Shown here piece by piece: positions 1 through 13,973 of a stretch of DNA of 64,000 nucleotides; within the stretch, counting starts at the first letter, position 1; the number at the start of each line of letters is the position of its first letter. The DNA is from Octopus vulgaris (lineage: Eukaryota), in NCBI GenBank assembly GCA_951406725.2, contig OX597823.1:44516001-44580000 (forward strand). Reading direction: 5' to 3'. Position numbers and translations under genes: made by a program. The notes below the pieces were generated by a model. The model was not told the DNA's origin. It saw only the letters and a program-made list of their open reading frames with translations, and ran no database searches.

Positions 1-85
1 ATCTCCTATCCAAAGGATTTTGCATACGAGGCATTAAGTTTGGTGTGAAAAATAAAGTCGGATACTTTTCCTTTTGAATGCATCT

Positions 86-89
<4 letters not shown>
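1..89. mobile_element. Probable end of a Tc1/mariner-type DNA transposon, truncated by the window edge
   Basis: Ends ...cttttgaatgcatcttg|TA into (TA)n; the reverse complement TACAAGATGCATTCAAAAGG resembles a mariner-type TIR. Confidence 0.35.
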
Positions 90-119
<30 letters not shown>

Positions 120-122
<3 letters not shown>

Positions 123-331
123 ATCAAAATAAGCAACAAGAATGACTCCGGTAATTTGGTACGATCATTTCGTACTACACCATTTAATAAAATGATGTAG
201 TACGAAACGATCGTACCAAATTACCGGAGTCATTCTTTTTGCTTATTTTGATTATAATCACCCCACGGATTTTTATGGATAACACCATACAGAATTCTGG
301 TGCATCTAAATTAAGTACCATATTCATTTGA

Positions 332-336
<5 letters not shown>
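120..336. mobile_element. Fold-back cassette with hammerhead 3' half plus unique tail (Penelope-like pLTR derivative)
   Basis: Near-perfect palindrome at 120-255; right arm has GAAA-CGATCG-TA (204-215); tail 256-336 recurs at ~13415-13505 and, diverged, at ~60720-60805. Confidence 0.7.
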
Positions 337-661
<325 letters not shown>

Positions 662-789
662 GCAGGTTGCGATGGGTAACTTTTTGCCATTTTATATTCT
701 TAATTTCGTGCATGCACATTGTATTTGATTTTGTCGACTACACAGTATAATAGAGTTAGTGGGGCATCGTCTGTGAGAAAAACAGCACC

Positions 790-1284
790 ATAACCTGGAG
801 GAGGTAGTGCTGCCTTGAGTCAGGAGGGTGGCTGCTGGATGACCCTCTGTCAGTAACAGGACTCTGCACTATACCACACAAATAGGAGAACCCAGTCATG
901 GCTGTCAGAAAATTTCTGCGACCACATCACTCCAACATCTGGCCACCTAATTTCCCAGACTGCGACCCCCTTGATTATTATGTGTGGGATGTAGTTGAGC
1001 GGGAGACCAACAAAATTCCTTGTAACACCAAAGATGAACTGAAAGCAAGGATTATGGCAGCATTCACCAACTTAAACCAGGAGACCGTCCAGAAGAGTTG
1101 CAGGAGATTCCGAAGTCGTCCGGAGGCCGTGGTTGAAGCCAATGGCAATTTTATTGAATATATTTACTCTTTAATATTTCAAGATATTTTCATGTAATTT
1201 TGATAAGTATTTCTGTTAAACTGAGATGTCAGTGTAATTTTCATTTTTGCGTAAGTTAGACGACAGTTTATTCACCACACCCTG
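790..1284 (+). mobile_element. maT/DD37D (Tc1/mariner superfamily) transposase 3' relic with right TIR
   Basis: QDSALYHT...WPPNFPDCDPLDYYVW; about 37 residues between the 2nd and 3rd Asp after correcting one frameshift; ends ...ttcaccacaccctg. Confidence 0.85.
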
Positions 1285-1734
1285 TGTGTGTGTATGTGTG
1301 TGTGTGTATGTGTGTGTGTGTATGTGTGTGTGTGTATGTGTGTGTACACACACACACAAATAATATGGGTATATATATATATATATATACACACACACAT
1401 AATATGGGTCGCTTATTAGCAATTTAATAACCTAAAGGCAAATCTATAGACGTGACAGAGGGTACTATGTATTACCAGCATTGCTAGATAATTCTAGTTT
1501 TCACTTTTACCGTTGTTGAAATCAGCATATGAGTTCAACGGATTTCTTATAAGTTGACTAGGTGAGCTGAGTTTAATCCTAGGCGCGGAAGATGTAGAGA
1601 ATTAAGGTAATCTACATCAAAATTCGAAATCACCAGTGATCTGGCTGTTTCCGCTAGGAGGCTTTGTCTCCCTTGTCAGTGATTAAGATAGTACTTATGT
1701 GGCTATTGAATTGTTTTGATTCTTGCTCCTGTCT

Positions 1735-2595
1735 TTTCTCGCCTTTGTCGTCTCTCTCAGGAGAAAATGAAAGCGGCCAAGGCAGATTTCAATCATATGT
1801 TACAATTGGGGATCATTCACCCTTCTTCTGGTCCATGGATATCTCCATTACATTTCTCTTGAAACACTTTGGAGATTGGTATCCAACTGGAGACTTTAGA
1901 CGTTTGAATTCGATCACCGTGCCGGATCGATATCCGTTCCTCACATTCAAGATTTTGGTGCTTGTCTACACGGATGTACCATATTTTCGAAATTGGATCT
2001 GGTCAAAACTTAAATAAAAAAACAAAGACTGTCGTGACTACTCCTTTTGGAGCTTTTGAATTTTTAACTTTGCCGTTCGGGTAACGAAATGCTGCAAGTC
2101 CCTTCCAGCGTTTCAGGGATGAGGTCGTTCGCGATTTTGACTTCGTATACTTCTATACTGACGACATTCTTTGCGAATACTTCACCGGAAGAACATATCA
2201 CTCACCTCCGCCTACTTTTTGAGCGATTTAGGGAGTACCAAGTTTGCATTAACCCCGCGAAGTGTGTTTTGGTGCGTCTTTACTTGTCTTTTTGGGCCAC
2301 ATCATAAACGCTAACGGAATAGCACTACTTTCAGATAAAGTGAAAGCTCTACAGGATATTCCTCCACCTACTTCTTTGCGGCAGCTTCGACAGTTCCTTG
2401 GTCTTCTTCATTATCATCGCCATTTTACTCCACATTCTGCAGACTTCCTGCCTCATCTATCCGATCTCTTACAGAATAGAAAAAAGGACGAGCCTATTTC
2501 TCTCAACCCGGTTCATTTTGAGGCATTTACCAAAGTTAAGCAGGCGCTGGCTCGCGCTTCTATTCTCGCATATCCTGTGTTTGATACCCAGCTTG
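1735..2595 (+). mobile_element. Ty3/Gypsy pol relic (reverse transcriptase), frameshifted
   Basis: Motifs across frames: GIIHPSSGPWISPLH, GDFRRLNSITVPDRYP, FSKLDL, TPFGAFEFLTLPFG, YTDDI, NPAKC, FLGH, LRQFLGL. Confidence 0.92.
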
Positions 2596-3289
2596 TATGT
2601 ATGTGTATATGTGTCTATGTATGTATGCATGCATGTGTGTGTGTGCGTGTGTGTATGTGTATGTTTGTGTGTGTTTGTGTATTTTTCTGTCCAAACATTG
2701 TGTCTTCTCTGTGGTGCTTAAATTTTTACAGAGGTTTTAACAGGAACATTCCGCCTGATTATTTCATATTATGAGTGACTAATATACATGTTGCAGGTCC
2801 AAGCTCTGGTTATCTATGTGACTGTCACTTTAACAACAGCCATATATAACTTTTTACTGAGAAAAAGGAGTTTTTTTCTGTGTATGTATCTCCGGTTATA
2901 GGTCAAGGAATACTTTCAGAGAAGCTCATTTTCTATCTTCATGATGATTTCACTTTACCGCGTGATGTTATATAGACGTAATTAATTCATGGACGCCCTT
3001 TAAGACTTGATGATTAGAAGAAGTTGTCAAAAGGCTGAATGTCATAATATATAGTTTTGTTTCTTGTCTTTTACTGTCCCGAAAATTTGATACTTTATTT
3101 TTCTATTTGTGATGGTGAGAAGAACTGTTTATTGTGTGCGATACATAGATCAATGTTATGCTTAAAAATATTGAAAAATAGAACAATTTTAGAGAACGTA
3201 TATAACGGTTTAAATAATTGTAATGGTATACGGTAATTAATTGTTATGTAAATACATGATAAAAACGGACAGTTTAAAAAAATTAATGG

Positions 3290-3447
3290 TAATGCATGTG
3301 ATGAGGGGCGCATGCAACCATTCATAACCCCATTGTTATATAATCATCTCAATCATATTTGTTCTATGTATTGTCCCCTCTATGGTGTCCTGTCTGTCTT
3401 TGTTTGTCCCCATCTATATCGAGCCCATGTGGCTAATAAAGAAATCA
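3290..3447 (+). mobile_element. LINE-type 3' UTR whose terminal part matches the Meta-like SINE tail
   Basis: gtctgtctttgtttgtcccc...gcccatgtggctaataaagaaat matches the SINE tail at 36825-36878, but the upstream sequence is not SINE. Confidence 0.5.
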
Positions 3448-3704
3448 ATGATATTTTTCGTTTTCCGAATCCACGATGGCATATGTGAATGGTCAGCTTT
3501 ACTTGCAAGGCAACATAGTTACTGAAATTGTCTTCTAAAAGTATGATGCTTTTACAAACATCTGCCGACCGTCCCCACCTTTTGAAATTAAATTACAATC
3601 GTCAACACCACTTTTTTTAGGTTTAACAAATCTTGCTTTCTTGCAAGATTATTTTTTTCGGGAAATAATTTCGCTCTGACCTAAATTCGTGCTATTATCT
3701 TTCA

Positions 3705-4085
3705 TCTTTTATTTGTTTCACATAGACTGCGGCGATGCTGGGGCACCGCCTTGAGGAATTTTAGCCGAACTAATCCACCCTAGTAGTTATTTCCTTTTTA
3801 AGCTTGGTACTAATTCTAGTGTTCACTTTTACCGAACCGCAAAGTTACAGAGACATATGCACATCGAGTCCGGTTGTCAGTCGGTGGTGGGGGACAAACA
3901 CGCACGCACGCACACGCACACGCACACAGGGGGCTTCTTTCCGCTTCCGTCTAATAAATCTACTCACAAGTTTTTGGTCAGTCTGAGGCTATAGGAGAAG
4001 ATGCCCAAGGTATCACGCGGTGGGACTGAACCTGGGACCGAGTGGTTAGCAAGCAAACTTCTTACCACATAGCCACCGCCTGCGC
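3705..4085 (-). mobile_element. tRNA-derived CORE-like SINE (abundant family A)
   Basis: Reverse-complement match to the copy at 7498-7890. Confidence 0.88.
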
Positions 4086-4439
4086 TTTTAAAAATGATCG
4101 CTGCTGGCAGGATTCGAATGGTATTTTTTATAGCAATTACGTAAATCATTATCATGTTCATAACTTGAAGACAGTCTACTTCATGGTTTCTATTTCTCCT
4201 ATGACGACTAATTATATATAATCCTGTTTTCCTTTTCCCTCGTTGCTTACTTCGGTTCTTCACTTGTTAATATGGGTGCTTGCGCACTCTCGTGGGTGTA
4301 TATGAAGCAGGATAAAATGTGACGTTAATTGAAAGATAAATTGCTTGACGTGAAGCTTAATGACCCTTAAGGATGGACTAGGAACTGGGTGCGATTCTAT
4401 GCAGTCACTCAAAGATGGTCTTTGATATTTCTTATATTC

Positions 4440-4440
4440 A

Positions 4441-4530
<90 letters not shown>

Positions 4531-4580
4531 GTCTATCTATCTGCCTCTCTGCCTGTATGCTTGCCTGTTTGTCTGTCTGT
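4440..4580. repeat. (ATCT)n microsatellite
   Basis: Seen directly. Confidence 0.97.
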
Positions 4581-4689
4581 CACATTTAGGAATACAGAAG
4601 AATGCTGTTGCATACGTGGACACCATGGCAGGAATAATTAAAAAATAGAAGAATAATTGCAACAATCAGCTTGGATACCTCATAGTTAA

Positions 4690-5080
4690 GTAGCAGTTAA
4701 CCTCCCATACGGGTGAGAAAAATAATTAGTTTAAAGACTAATTCAAGTCAAAAAAGTATGGGAGACAACTGTGAAATTTAAATTATACAGGGACAGGGGT
4801 ATGTAATGTGAAGTGAATGTTTTGACCTTGGATCATCTGGTGAAAATGGACCTGTTTCAGTATTATTAAACATCCTCAGTGGCGTATGATTTAGTTAGTA
4901 ATTGCTAGACCGTAAATTGAATTGACAGTTCCTTTGGAGGATAATTATTGAGAGCATTATAGAAAAGGTGTGTTGAAATAAAAGAGCCTTAGGGTGTTGT
5001 CTTTTATCTGCATCGTCTTTATACACAAAAGCTTTTTCGATTGGTGGATATCATTGGTGTTAATTCTCTTGATAGATGTT
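4690..5080 (-). mobile_element. Penelope-like element 3' relic: GIY-YIG C-terminus-like peptide followed by a hammerhead-like motif
   Basis: Minus strand reads KRQHPKALFISTHLFYNALNNYPP, then CTGAGGA-stem II-GAAA-CAGG-TC (plus 4849-4879). Confidence 0.5.
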
Positions 5081-6129
5081 TTTAGATTTAAAACTACCCC
5101 AATTCAACCAAGTGTCAAACAATTTGTCAACCAATTCAAAGGATAATGTCAGTTAATAGAAGCTTTCCAGCTCGATATATTTTCAGACCATACGGACATG
5201 TCATTAAGAACGAGGTTCTACTTCGCAGTATTCTTGGGGTAGGCGGGTGGGTGATGCGCGATTTAGTGTCTAAACAACACCTGCATCTTATAAGATCAAT
5301 AAACGTCTATTGGTTTTACCAGTTGTCTTTAAGTGAAAGATTCAGTACCACCTGGTACCTAGGGTGTCTTTAGCGGAATCAACTGTGGCAAGCATCCAGG
5401 TAGTAGCTAAAAGGAAACCAAGCAAAAAAGAACTTCGATTGATATTAGTCAACAAAAACTCCTCTTTGGACTGCTTAAAAATCTAAAGAGAAAAACTATC
5501 AAGAAAAGGAGTTAGCTTTAATGATATCAACCAACCGAAAAAATATTTTTTACAAATAAAAACGATAAGAGCGAAAAGCTAAGGTTCTCTTGTTTCCACT
5601 TTGATGGAATTTTCTTCCCTCATTCTCAGCAGCTTCAGCAGCCCCTGCATTACGTTTCTTTTTAAATTCCTGACTAATATTAAAATACATAAACGGCATT
5701 ATCTTTATTTTCTAAATATCTCCATTAGCTGATATTACTGAAACTATAACTGAATTTATCTTCCTTTATTGTTCCTAGAGGGAGTTTTTTTTCTTTTAGC
5801 CTAATAATTACATGGACAATCTCAATTGATCGAAGGAGTTGATCTCACTATATTCCTAATGTGACACCTTTCTGTATGTGTATCTAATACCCAGCACGTT
5901 TCTCTGATGTATATTCCCTCAGCTCTCTTCTAACGATCGCTTCTACGTTTTGTCACCTGGCTTTTAAGACAAGATCCGCTCCTACCTGCACTGTCTTTGA
6001 TTAGCTCATATTATTGGAATTATCTCACTTGGGTTTTGTTTTTTTAAAATTTTAAGCCCATTTAGAGGGAGTTCTTGTCTACTAATTGCATGGACAGCCT
6101 CAGATATCCGAAGATTTTTCGACTCATTA

Positions 6130-6850
6130 TATCATGTTTTTGAGGCTATTGCAGATGAAAAGTAAAGTTGACTCAGACAGAATTTGAAATAAGGATGTAA
6201 AGAGACGTAGTCAAACACCACAAGATGTTTAGGTGGATGACTGAAAAAGAGAAAATCTGTGAAGTAAAATGTGAAGGAAATGGGAAAGTTTGAGAAATAA
6301 TGAAGGAAAATGGGAAAACGAATTAAAAAAATAAGAAAATATATAATGGATGTAAAAAAATGAAAACTAGAAGCAATGAACAACGAGTGAAAGACAAAAA
6401 TAAAGAATGAAAGAAAGATATAAAGAATAAAAGACGAAAATGAATGAAACAAAGAAAGAACGGATGAAAGAAAGAATGAAATGAAAAGAGATAGGAAAAA
6501 TAAAATGAATGGAAAAGCAGACGGAAAGAAAGAATAGAAAGAAGAAAGAAGAAAGGAAGAAAGCATTGAAAGAAGAAAGGAAGAAAGCATTCAAAGAAGA
6601 AAGAAGAAAGAAAGAAAACAGAAACAGAAGGAAAAACTGAAATATCAAAGCTGCTAGAAAAAATAAAGATGTCTGAAATGACCAAGAGCGAACACAAATG
6701 AGAAAGATAAGGAGAAAAGAAGGAAAGAAGGAAAAAAGTAAGAATGTGCGAAGAATTAAAAGTATGTCGTGGCGGATAGGGAGAGAATGGGAAAACTAAA
6801 TAAAATGAGAAAAAAAAAAATTAAAGGAGGAAGAGAGAAAAGAAAGTGTC
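6130..6850. repeat. Purine-rich (GAAA/GAA) low-complexity tract
   Basis: Seen directly; explains the F/S/L-rich minus-strand ORFs. Confidence 0.9.
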
Positions 6851-7062
6851 AAATGAACAAGGATTGCCATATATGGGAGAAACTGATTCCGGCATTGTTC
6901 TCTGGGTTGTGGTTTGAGACATTAACCAGGCCACTCAGATGGAATGTAAGAAAGGTGTGTAAAGGATGAAATATTAATCTAATGAAGTGAAAATGGGCGA
7001 AGGAGATGTAATTTTTTCTTATTTGTCTTTTATATCCTGGATTCACACGAAACATACATACT

Positions 7063-7153
<91 letters not shown>

Positions 7154-7497
7154 TGTTTGTAGAAATACATAAATCCGGAGGAGAAGCACACTCTAAGATG
7201 TTCATACATACATACATACACACACACATACATACGTACATACATACATACATACATACATACATACATACATACATGCACACATCATACATATATTCAC
7301 ACACATACACACACACACATATATATATATATACATACATACACACATATGTATATATATACATAAATATATATGTGTATGTATACTTATATTTGTCTTC
7401 CACTCTAGCCTCCGGTCGACCAAAGCCTTGTGAGTGGATTTGGTAGACGGAGACTGAGAGAAGCCTGTCGAATATATATATATATATATATATATAT

Positions 7498-7888
7498 AGG
7501 CGTAGGAGTGGCTGTGTGGTAAGTAGCTTGCTTACCTGCCACATGGTTCCGGGTTCAGTCCTACTGCATGGCACCTTGGGCAAGTGTCTTCTACTATAGC
7601 CTCGGGCCGACCAAAGCCTTGTGAGTGGATTTGGTAGATGGAAACTGAAAGAATCTCGCCGTATATATATGCGAGTATGTATATCTTTGTGTGTCTGTGT
7701 TTGTCCCCCCCCCAATATCGCTTTTATAACCGATGCTGGTGTGTTCACGTCCCCGTCACTTAGCGGTTTGGCAATAGAGACCGATAGAATAAGTACTAGG
7801 CTTACAAAGAATCTGGGGTCAATTTGCTCGACTAAAGGCGGTGCTCCAGCATGGCCACAGTCAGTTGCCTGAAACAAATAAATGAAAG

Positions 7889-7890
<2 letters not shown>
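7498..7890 (+). mobile_element. tRNA-derived CORE-like SINE family A, full length (partial copy at 7400-7470)
   Basis: A-box-like GTGGCTGTGTGG, B-box-like GGTTCAGTCC, CORE-like CACCTTGGGCAAGTG, internal microsatellite, A-rich tail; many copies in the window. Confidence 0.92.
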
Positions 7891-7976
<86 letters not shown>

Positions 7977-8024
7977 GATAGATAGATAGATAGATTCTTT
8001 CATTTATTTGTTTCAGGCAATTGA

Positions 8025-8063
<39 letters not shown>

Positions 8064-8334
8064 CGCACACACACACACACACAAAGAAATGGAGGAAGAG
8101 AGAGGGAGAGAGGGAGAGAGGGAGAGAGGGAGAGAGGGAGAGAGCAAGAGAGGGAGAGAGCAAGAGAGGGAGAGGTGAAGTTTAGTAACTTAGTAAGTAG
8201 TAAGGGCACTTCTAAAGTATTGTAACTCCACGCTGGAGCAATGGTTTTCAACTCGTAGTCCGCAACTACATCAACCCTGCCCATATAATTTCGAAATCCA
8301 TATAATTCTCCTTTCTTCACTATCGTGTCATCTT

Positions 8335-8702
8335 TATTTTTTACTTGTTTTAGTCACTTTACTGCGCCCATGCTAGGGCATCACCTCGAAGGGTTTAGTT
8401 GAAGAAATCGATAACAGTGCTTACATTTTAAGCTTTGGTATTCATGTACACACAAGCGCGCTCAAATATACACACAGAGGCACGCGCACGAACGTGCGCG
8501 CGCGCACACACACACATACACACACAAGACACACACATATATACGTTGGGTTTCCAAACAGTTTCTTTATTCACTTATAAGCCTTTGGTCGGCCTGGGGT
8601 TTTAGCAGAAGATACTTCTTACCGAAGGTGCCGCGCAGTAGGCCTGAACCTACAACCATGTGGTTGTAAAGCGAGCTTCTGAATCACATACCCATGCCTG
8701 CA
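8335..8702 (-). mobile_element. SINE family A, diverged
   Basis: Reverse-complement similarity to 7498-7890. Confidence 0.8.
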
Positions 8703-8814
8703 TTTGTTGGACAAATTTAAGAAGTTTAAGTATAAACGTTATTAAACTCGGCAATTCGTACAGCCCCATTTTTTCTATCCTCACTCCACGCAAACTGAAA
8801 TACTGCTCGAGCGG

Positions 8815-9026
8815 TAATAAAGGTTCCAAATTTTGATACAGGACAGCAATTTCGGGGGAGAGGCTAAGTCGATAACTTCGACCCCCCAGTGCTCAGCTCA
8901 CCTGTAACTTATTTTATCGATCCTGGAAGGATGAAAGGCAAAGTCGACCTCAGTGGAGTTTGAGCTCAGAACGTAAAGACAGACTAAGCATTTTACCTGG
9001 CAAGCTAACGATTCTGCCAGCTTACC

Positions 9027-9027
<1 letters not shown>
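8815..9027 (-). mobile_element. Meta-like SINE family B
   Basis: aaggatgaaaggcaaagtcgacctc...gaactcagaacg core shared with the 36648 copy. Confidence 0.85.
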
Positions 9028-9086
<59 letters not shown>

Positions 9087-9089
9087 GGT

Positions 9090-9328
9090 CCCTTATTCAG
9101 GGACCTTTTGAGCGGGATGGGCTACTCAACCTAAAGAAAATTCTAACTGGGCCCCACTTGCAAGGTCATGTGCTGTTTATCTTGATATGAGATCACCATG
9201 TCGTGCACATATGGTTGTGATGCATGTGCCTGGTGTACCCTTATCAGACGGGTAGTCATGATGGGTATATTGGGCTTCGTATATTTTACCCCAGTGTCAC
9301 TTTGATGGCATGCACTGCTCTCTCACTC
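9090..9328 (+). mobile_element. Left-truncated copy of the unclassified ~550-bp (TAA)n-embedded element
   Basis: Matches the right part of 41171-41718; flanked by (TAA)n on both sides. Confidence 0.85.
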
Positions 9329-9339
9329 AATAATAATAA

Positions 9340-9550
9340 TAATCCTTTCTACAACAGGCACAAGCCCTGAAATTGGGGGGGGGTGAGTATGATCGATGTA
9401 ATCAACCCCAGGACACAACTGGTACTTATTTTATGAACTCCAAAAGGATGAAACGCAATGCGGCCTCGGCGGTATTTGAACCTCAGAACGTGAAGACGAC
9501 GAAATGCCATTAAGTATTTCGCCCGGCGAGCTAACGATTCTTCCAGCTCA
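9340..9550 (-). mobile_element. Meta-like SINE family B
   Basis: Same core as other family B copies. Confidence 0.82.
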
Positions 9551-10035
9551 GTAATGGAAAGGCAATTCAGGTTATGTAGAACTCCCATCCTTATCTTACT
9601 TTCTCCAATATATCTATGCGTGGCGAGATACACCTGAACAAAGACAGCAAGCTGACAAAAAAAATCCATTGATATGCTGTTGATTCTTTCTGCTGCTCAT
9701 TGAAGCCTATAGCGCTAACATATTTATGTGGGAGTGTGGCTGTGAAGTTCTTTTCGCAAGTCACGTACTTCGTAGATTGATACCAAAGCTAGCACAGCGC
9801 TTTGAGCATCATCTACCTCAATGAAATTACGAGACCATAATTATATATGTACACACACACACATACACACACACACACACACACACAGACACACACACAC
9901 ACTCAAAAGCACACAAACATATACATATATACATATACACACACATACACATATGTATATATGCACGTATATGTGTGAGAGTGTGAGTGTATACATGTTT
10001 ACATAATAGATAGGTAAATATATATATATATATAT

Positions 10036-10094
<59 letters not shown>

Positions 10095-10202
10095 AGAAGG
10101 GTGGCAGAGAGTTGATTCTTTCTCCAGGTTAGAACAGTTGACCTTTTCTTGGTTTGAAGACAAGTTATGACTGTATAATTTGTCATGTCCTCATAATAAC
10201 TA

Positions 10203-10270
<68 letters not shown>

Positions 10271-10356
10271 GTATGTACGTGTTATGCATGTATATTCGCA
10301 TGAAATGGAACGTGTTTGTACAAATTCTCTTAATACTCAACACTTTGTGACAATCC

Positions 10357-10390
<34 letters not shown>

Positions 10391-10835
10391 AGAAGATACT
10401 TTATTATGTGTATCACATGATAACAAGATATAGCTAGAATATTTATCAAGCCCTTTGCCGCGAAGTGGAGTATGTTAAAATGCTATATCCCTAACCGTTA
10501 TTCATGTGATTGTAGAGTTCGGTCGCCCGTACGATGTCTCGCTTCGTTTTCTCTTGTGAGATTCACGCTATCCCGAAGCATTTGAAGTGTTGGTTGTGTG
10601 TTCATAAAGAACATGGCTGCGAAGAGAAAACAAAGGCTCCAAACAATATTAATTGTCATTTGATTAAATTGCAGCTCCTCAGTATTTTAAATGTATTATT
10701 ACAGACATGCATGCATACGCCCATACATTCGTCCATACATGCATACATACATACATACATACATACATACATACATACATACATACATACACGTACACAG
10801 CCTCGTACACACATATGCATACATAAATACATGCA

Positions 10836-10973
<138 letters not shown>

Positions 10974-11095
10974 ACCATCTTTCTCTCTCTCTCCACCTCT
11001 CTCTCCCTTTTCTACACACACACATATATACGTACATGCCCACACACATACATACATACATACATACATATAGACATACATATATACATACATAT

Positions 11096-11145
<50 letters not shown>

Positions 11146-11530
11146 CTGTTTGATGTTGAGTATCGGAGGAAAGAATATACAGAATCATAATAGAGATTAA
11201 TAATATTTTAATTTCAGTCGAATCATTTTTTGGCTCCTCTGAAGTTTCAGCTCACATGATCATCAGGCAAGTTATACATAAATAACATACATACATACAT
11301 ACATACATACATACATACACACATACATGCATGCATACATACATACATGCATACATGCATACATACATACATACATACATACATACATACATACATGCAT
11401 ACATACGTTCGGTCGTACGTACGTACGTACATACATACATACACAAAACAAACATACAAATCTACATATATATATACATATACACGGACACACGGACACA
11501 CACACATATGTATGTGTGCATAGGAATAAA

Positions 11531-11787
11531 TGATAGTGGCGGAAAACGGAATATACGAAAACGTTATTGCTCACAACAATCGTTTCGACCCATCGTAGTC
11601 GATCCATCGTGGGTGCATTCTTTGGTGCAAAAGTGTCTAGTCAGGCGACTTTTCAAGCGGTATCTCGTTAAATAAACCCTATTGCGCTCGGTTTTAATGC
11701 AGTATGTTGCTAGTAACCGTGGAATGGGTCGAAACAATCTTTTTGATCAATGAAGTTTCTCGTATATCCAATTTTCCGTCTCTATCA
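11531..11787. mobile_element. Fold-back cassette with outward-facing hammerhead 3' halves
   Basis: Arms 11531-11593 and 11724-11787 are inverted copies; each reads GGGTC-GAAA-C(G/A)AT(T/C)... outward. Confidence 0.6.
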
Positions 11788-11951
11788 GTTGTTTTATATT
11801 CGACGAATACTGAGGAATTCCTGAGGGAGATCCAGTGACAATTGTAAAAGAGAAAAAAAACAAAGAAAAAAAGCCGTAGAAGATGTCAGGTAGCTAAAGG
11901 CAGTGAACGTGCTTCACCGGCTCACTACTAGGTACATACCCAATGCTTAAA

Positions 11952-11996
<45 letters not shown>

Positions 11997-12260
11997 TCCC
12001 CTGCCTGGAACTCCATACTTCATTACATCGGGAAGACATGACACGATGTAGGTAAAGAAATTTGAGAAATTTGAAAAGACAATACGAAACCGGTTATTTC
12101 TCCCAAAAACTATGTTACTATACAAAAAAATTTATAACATTTTTCTAACATAACGACTTAAATATATTCTTTAACCTAATAACACAAGCCTTCTATAGTT
12201 TTTTCACTCTTTTTCATTTTTATACATCCAACCACGTGCTTTCACACACCAACTCTCTCA

Positions 12261-12545
<285 letters not shown>

Positions 12546-13025
12546 TATGTATTGGAGAGGGCAAAAGCAAACGTGATACACAAATTAACGGGGCTTTTAG
12601 TCATATTCTTTCGATGATGGTAACATTACTTTACCTTACTGACCCATATGAACTCACGTTACTCCATACGCCTTAGACATTATGGGTCTTTATTATACAA
12701 CGAACTTCGTCATAACATGAGTCATGGTTCACTCGAAACAGCTGCCAAGACTAATACATAACTCATTTCGGTTTTTGAATTCTTATATTTGTATTTTTGT
12801 AAAAGCACATAAATATACTCATCAAGCCAACTCGTGTTTATATGCCTATATATCTTTCTCTATCTCTCTGTATTTATATACATATTATATGTGTGTGCGT
12901 ATGTGTATATATGTATATACATATATACTATATATATATGTATAGATATATGTATGTGTGTGTATTATATACATATGTGTATGTATATATATGTGTCAGT
13001 GTATATATATATATATATATATATA

Positions 13026-13400
13026 CTAGCAGTATCGCCCGGCGTTGCTCGGGTTTGTAAGGGAAATAACTATAAAGCATTTTTAGAGAGTTATAGCCAA
13101 AAAATGGGGAAAAAAATGATGGTAAATTTTTTTTTGATAGTTAAAAAGGTCGAGTTGCGTCCCCTAGACCATCTGTGGTTTGTGTTTCTGATTGTCGACC
13201 CCATGTCGAATTTATCGATCTTTTTCAGAACTGGGGAAACTTTTCAAAATTTTCGCTGCGTTAGTTTTGAATTATGACATTGGGCTATGTGTGTGTCAAG
13301 TTTCATCAGAATCGGTTGAAAGCCGTGGTCAGAGTGAGGGTACAACCAAACAGACACACAGAAACACACACAGACAAACTGCCGTTTATATAGAGAGAGA
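13026..13400 (-). mobile_element. Non-autonomous Helitron
   Basis: Minus strand has a 5' TC start, a 3' hairpin CCCGAGCAACGCCGGG then CTAG, and A|T insertion. Confidence 0.85.
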
Positions 13401-13414
13401 TATATATCCATTCG

Positions 13415-13520
13415 GTGATTATAATCACCCCATGGATTTATATGGATAACACCATACAAAATTCTGGTGCATCTAACTTAAGTACCATATTCATTTGAAT
13501 CTAATTTTGCTGAACTTATA
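13415..13520 (+). mobile_element. Isolated tail of the fold-back/hammerhead family
   Basis: Near-identical to 250-336. Confidence 0.7.
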
Positions 13521-13541
13521 TATATATAAGCTATAATAAAT

Positions 13542-13587
<46 letters not shown>

Positions 13588-13973
13588 CGTGGATGTGTGT
13601 TAAGAGGCTTGTATGTGGGCATGCGTGCTGTGTGTACAGCATTAAATGGATTTTCGCGTGATATTCTCTCGAGTACTCTGCGCTCTGTGCTCGAATACTG
13701 TCGAGGTCAATTTTGTCCTCTATCCTTTTATCCTGTCGGAATCGATAAGCAAAGTATGAGACCTGTACTAGGAAATACTCCTCTCTCTCTGTTTTTCTAG
13801 AAGAAACCCTCTATGGTAAAAACTAGAAAAGAATGGACCCCGTAAGTAACACCCCTTCCAGGAGCTGTGGGCAGAAGGAGAGAATGAAGATATTTGATGT
13901 TCGTCATATATTACCGTAAAAAGGAGGTTTCTTAGCAATTTTTCAAATCTTATGGATTTTAAAGATAGAAATG

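Noticed and set aside
5600-6140. Diverged direct repeats with a CTGAGGG...GAAACGTG motif on the minus strand
   Set aside because: Both core and cleavage site are mutated; too decayed to call, though possibly old pLTRs.
13295-13320. tttcatcag as a minus-strand hammerhead core
   Set aside because: No stem II between CTGATGA and GAAA; it is part of the Helitron body.
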